Shown here one piece after another: positions 34,223-34,490 of a DNA stretch of 34,490 bases (the first letter of the stretch is position 1; each line of letters opens with the position of its first letter). The translations under genes were made by a program, and so were the position numbers. The DNA lies in the IMG/VR virus record IMGVR_UViG_3300007541_000084, positions 1-34,490 of that record. The stretch is one strand, 5' to 3'. This DNA is from a virus (Duplodnaviria > Caudoviricetes). The notes under the pieces are model-generated. The model was given only the letters and a program-made list of their open reading frames with translations, made no database searches and was not told the DNA's origin.

Positions 34223-34473
34223 GCGGACCCCTGTGGTTTGACGAAGGCAATGTTCTCGCGGAGCTGATCCATGACGTCGGCGAGCGCCTCTTCGAGATCG
34301 TCGATGTCGTCCTGATCCCCGGTGCCGACGACCGTGACGTCGATGTCTTCCTCGGCGTCGCGGACGCCGAGGACGATGAAGAGGCGGTAGCCCTCACTCT
34401 GGAGCTTCGATGCGAGGGCCGTCGCGAACTGCCGGGTGAAGAGGCTCACGGGGTTGCCACCCAGAAGAGCCAC
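34219..34473 (-). CDS. Hypothetical acidic protein
   Basis: Stop overlaps the next ATG. The start is uncertain near the window edge. Confidence 0.6.
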   Translation of the reverse strand: MALLGGNPVSLFTRQFATALASKLQSEGYRLFIVLGVRDAEEDIDVTVVGTGDQDDIDDLEEALADVMDQLRENIAFVKPQGSA

Positions 34474-34490
34474 ACGGCCCCGAACATCGC

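Larger units (their letters stand above)
1..34490. mobile_element. Temperate podovirus genome segment (BPP-1/APSE-1-like organisation), non-integrated configuration
   Basis: The + strand carries portal, scaffold, capsid, tail tubular A/B, ejection and lysis genes. The - strand carries integrase and the DUF2800-DUF2815-PolA-VRR-NUC-SNF2 block. Phage genes flank the att-like site on both sides and no host housekeeping genes are present. Confidence 0.95.

Overview
The window is about 34.5 kb of a GC-rich temperate podovirus with a BPP-1/APSE-1-like gene set, probably infecting an alphaproteobacterium. The + strand (1-24460) holds the late region: portal, Bbp19-like protein, scaffold, three small lysine-rich proteins, major capsid and decoration protein, a terminator, tail tubular proteins A and B, a GNAT-like protein, three internal/ejection proteins, a lysis cassette and a metallophosphoesterase. 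One ejection protein has a lytic transglycosylase domain and another is a ~3200-aa polyvalent protein. The - strand (24457-34490) holds a secreted transglycosylase, an apparently intact attP, a tyrosine integrase with a small partner gene, and the replication block (Cas4-like DUF2800, SSB-like DUF2815, DNA Pol A, VRR-NUC, dCMP deaminase, SNF2 helicase). Terminase, tail fibre, primase and repressor are not in the window. The strongest candidate for something new is the giant virion gene. It looks like a polyprotein of enzymatic cassettes bounded by L-x-Q junctions ahead of a HExxH peptidase, and it hides a sigma70-type promoter, two RBS-equipped +1-frame nested ORFs and a GNRA hairpin. Other notable signals are a recurring RCACC/CC internal-loop RNA motif before the scaffold and capsid genes, an attP core overlapping the start of the secreted transglycosylase gene, and strong GANTC avoidance. 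All family calls come from motif recognition by eye; no searches were run.
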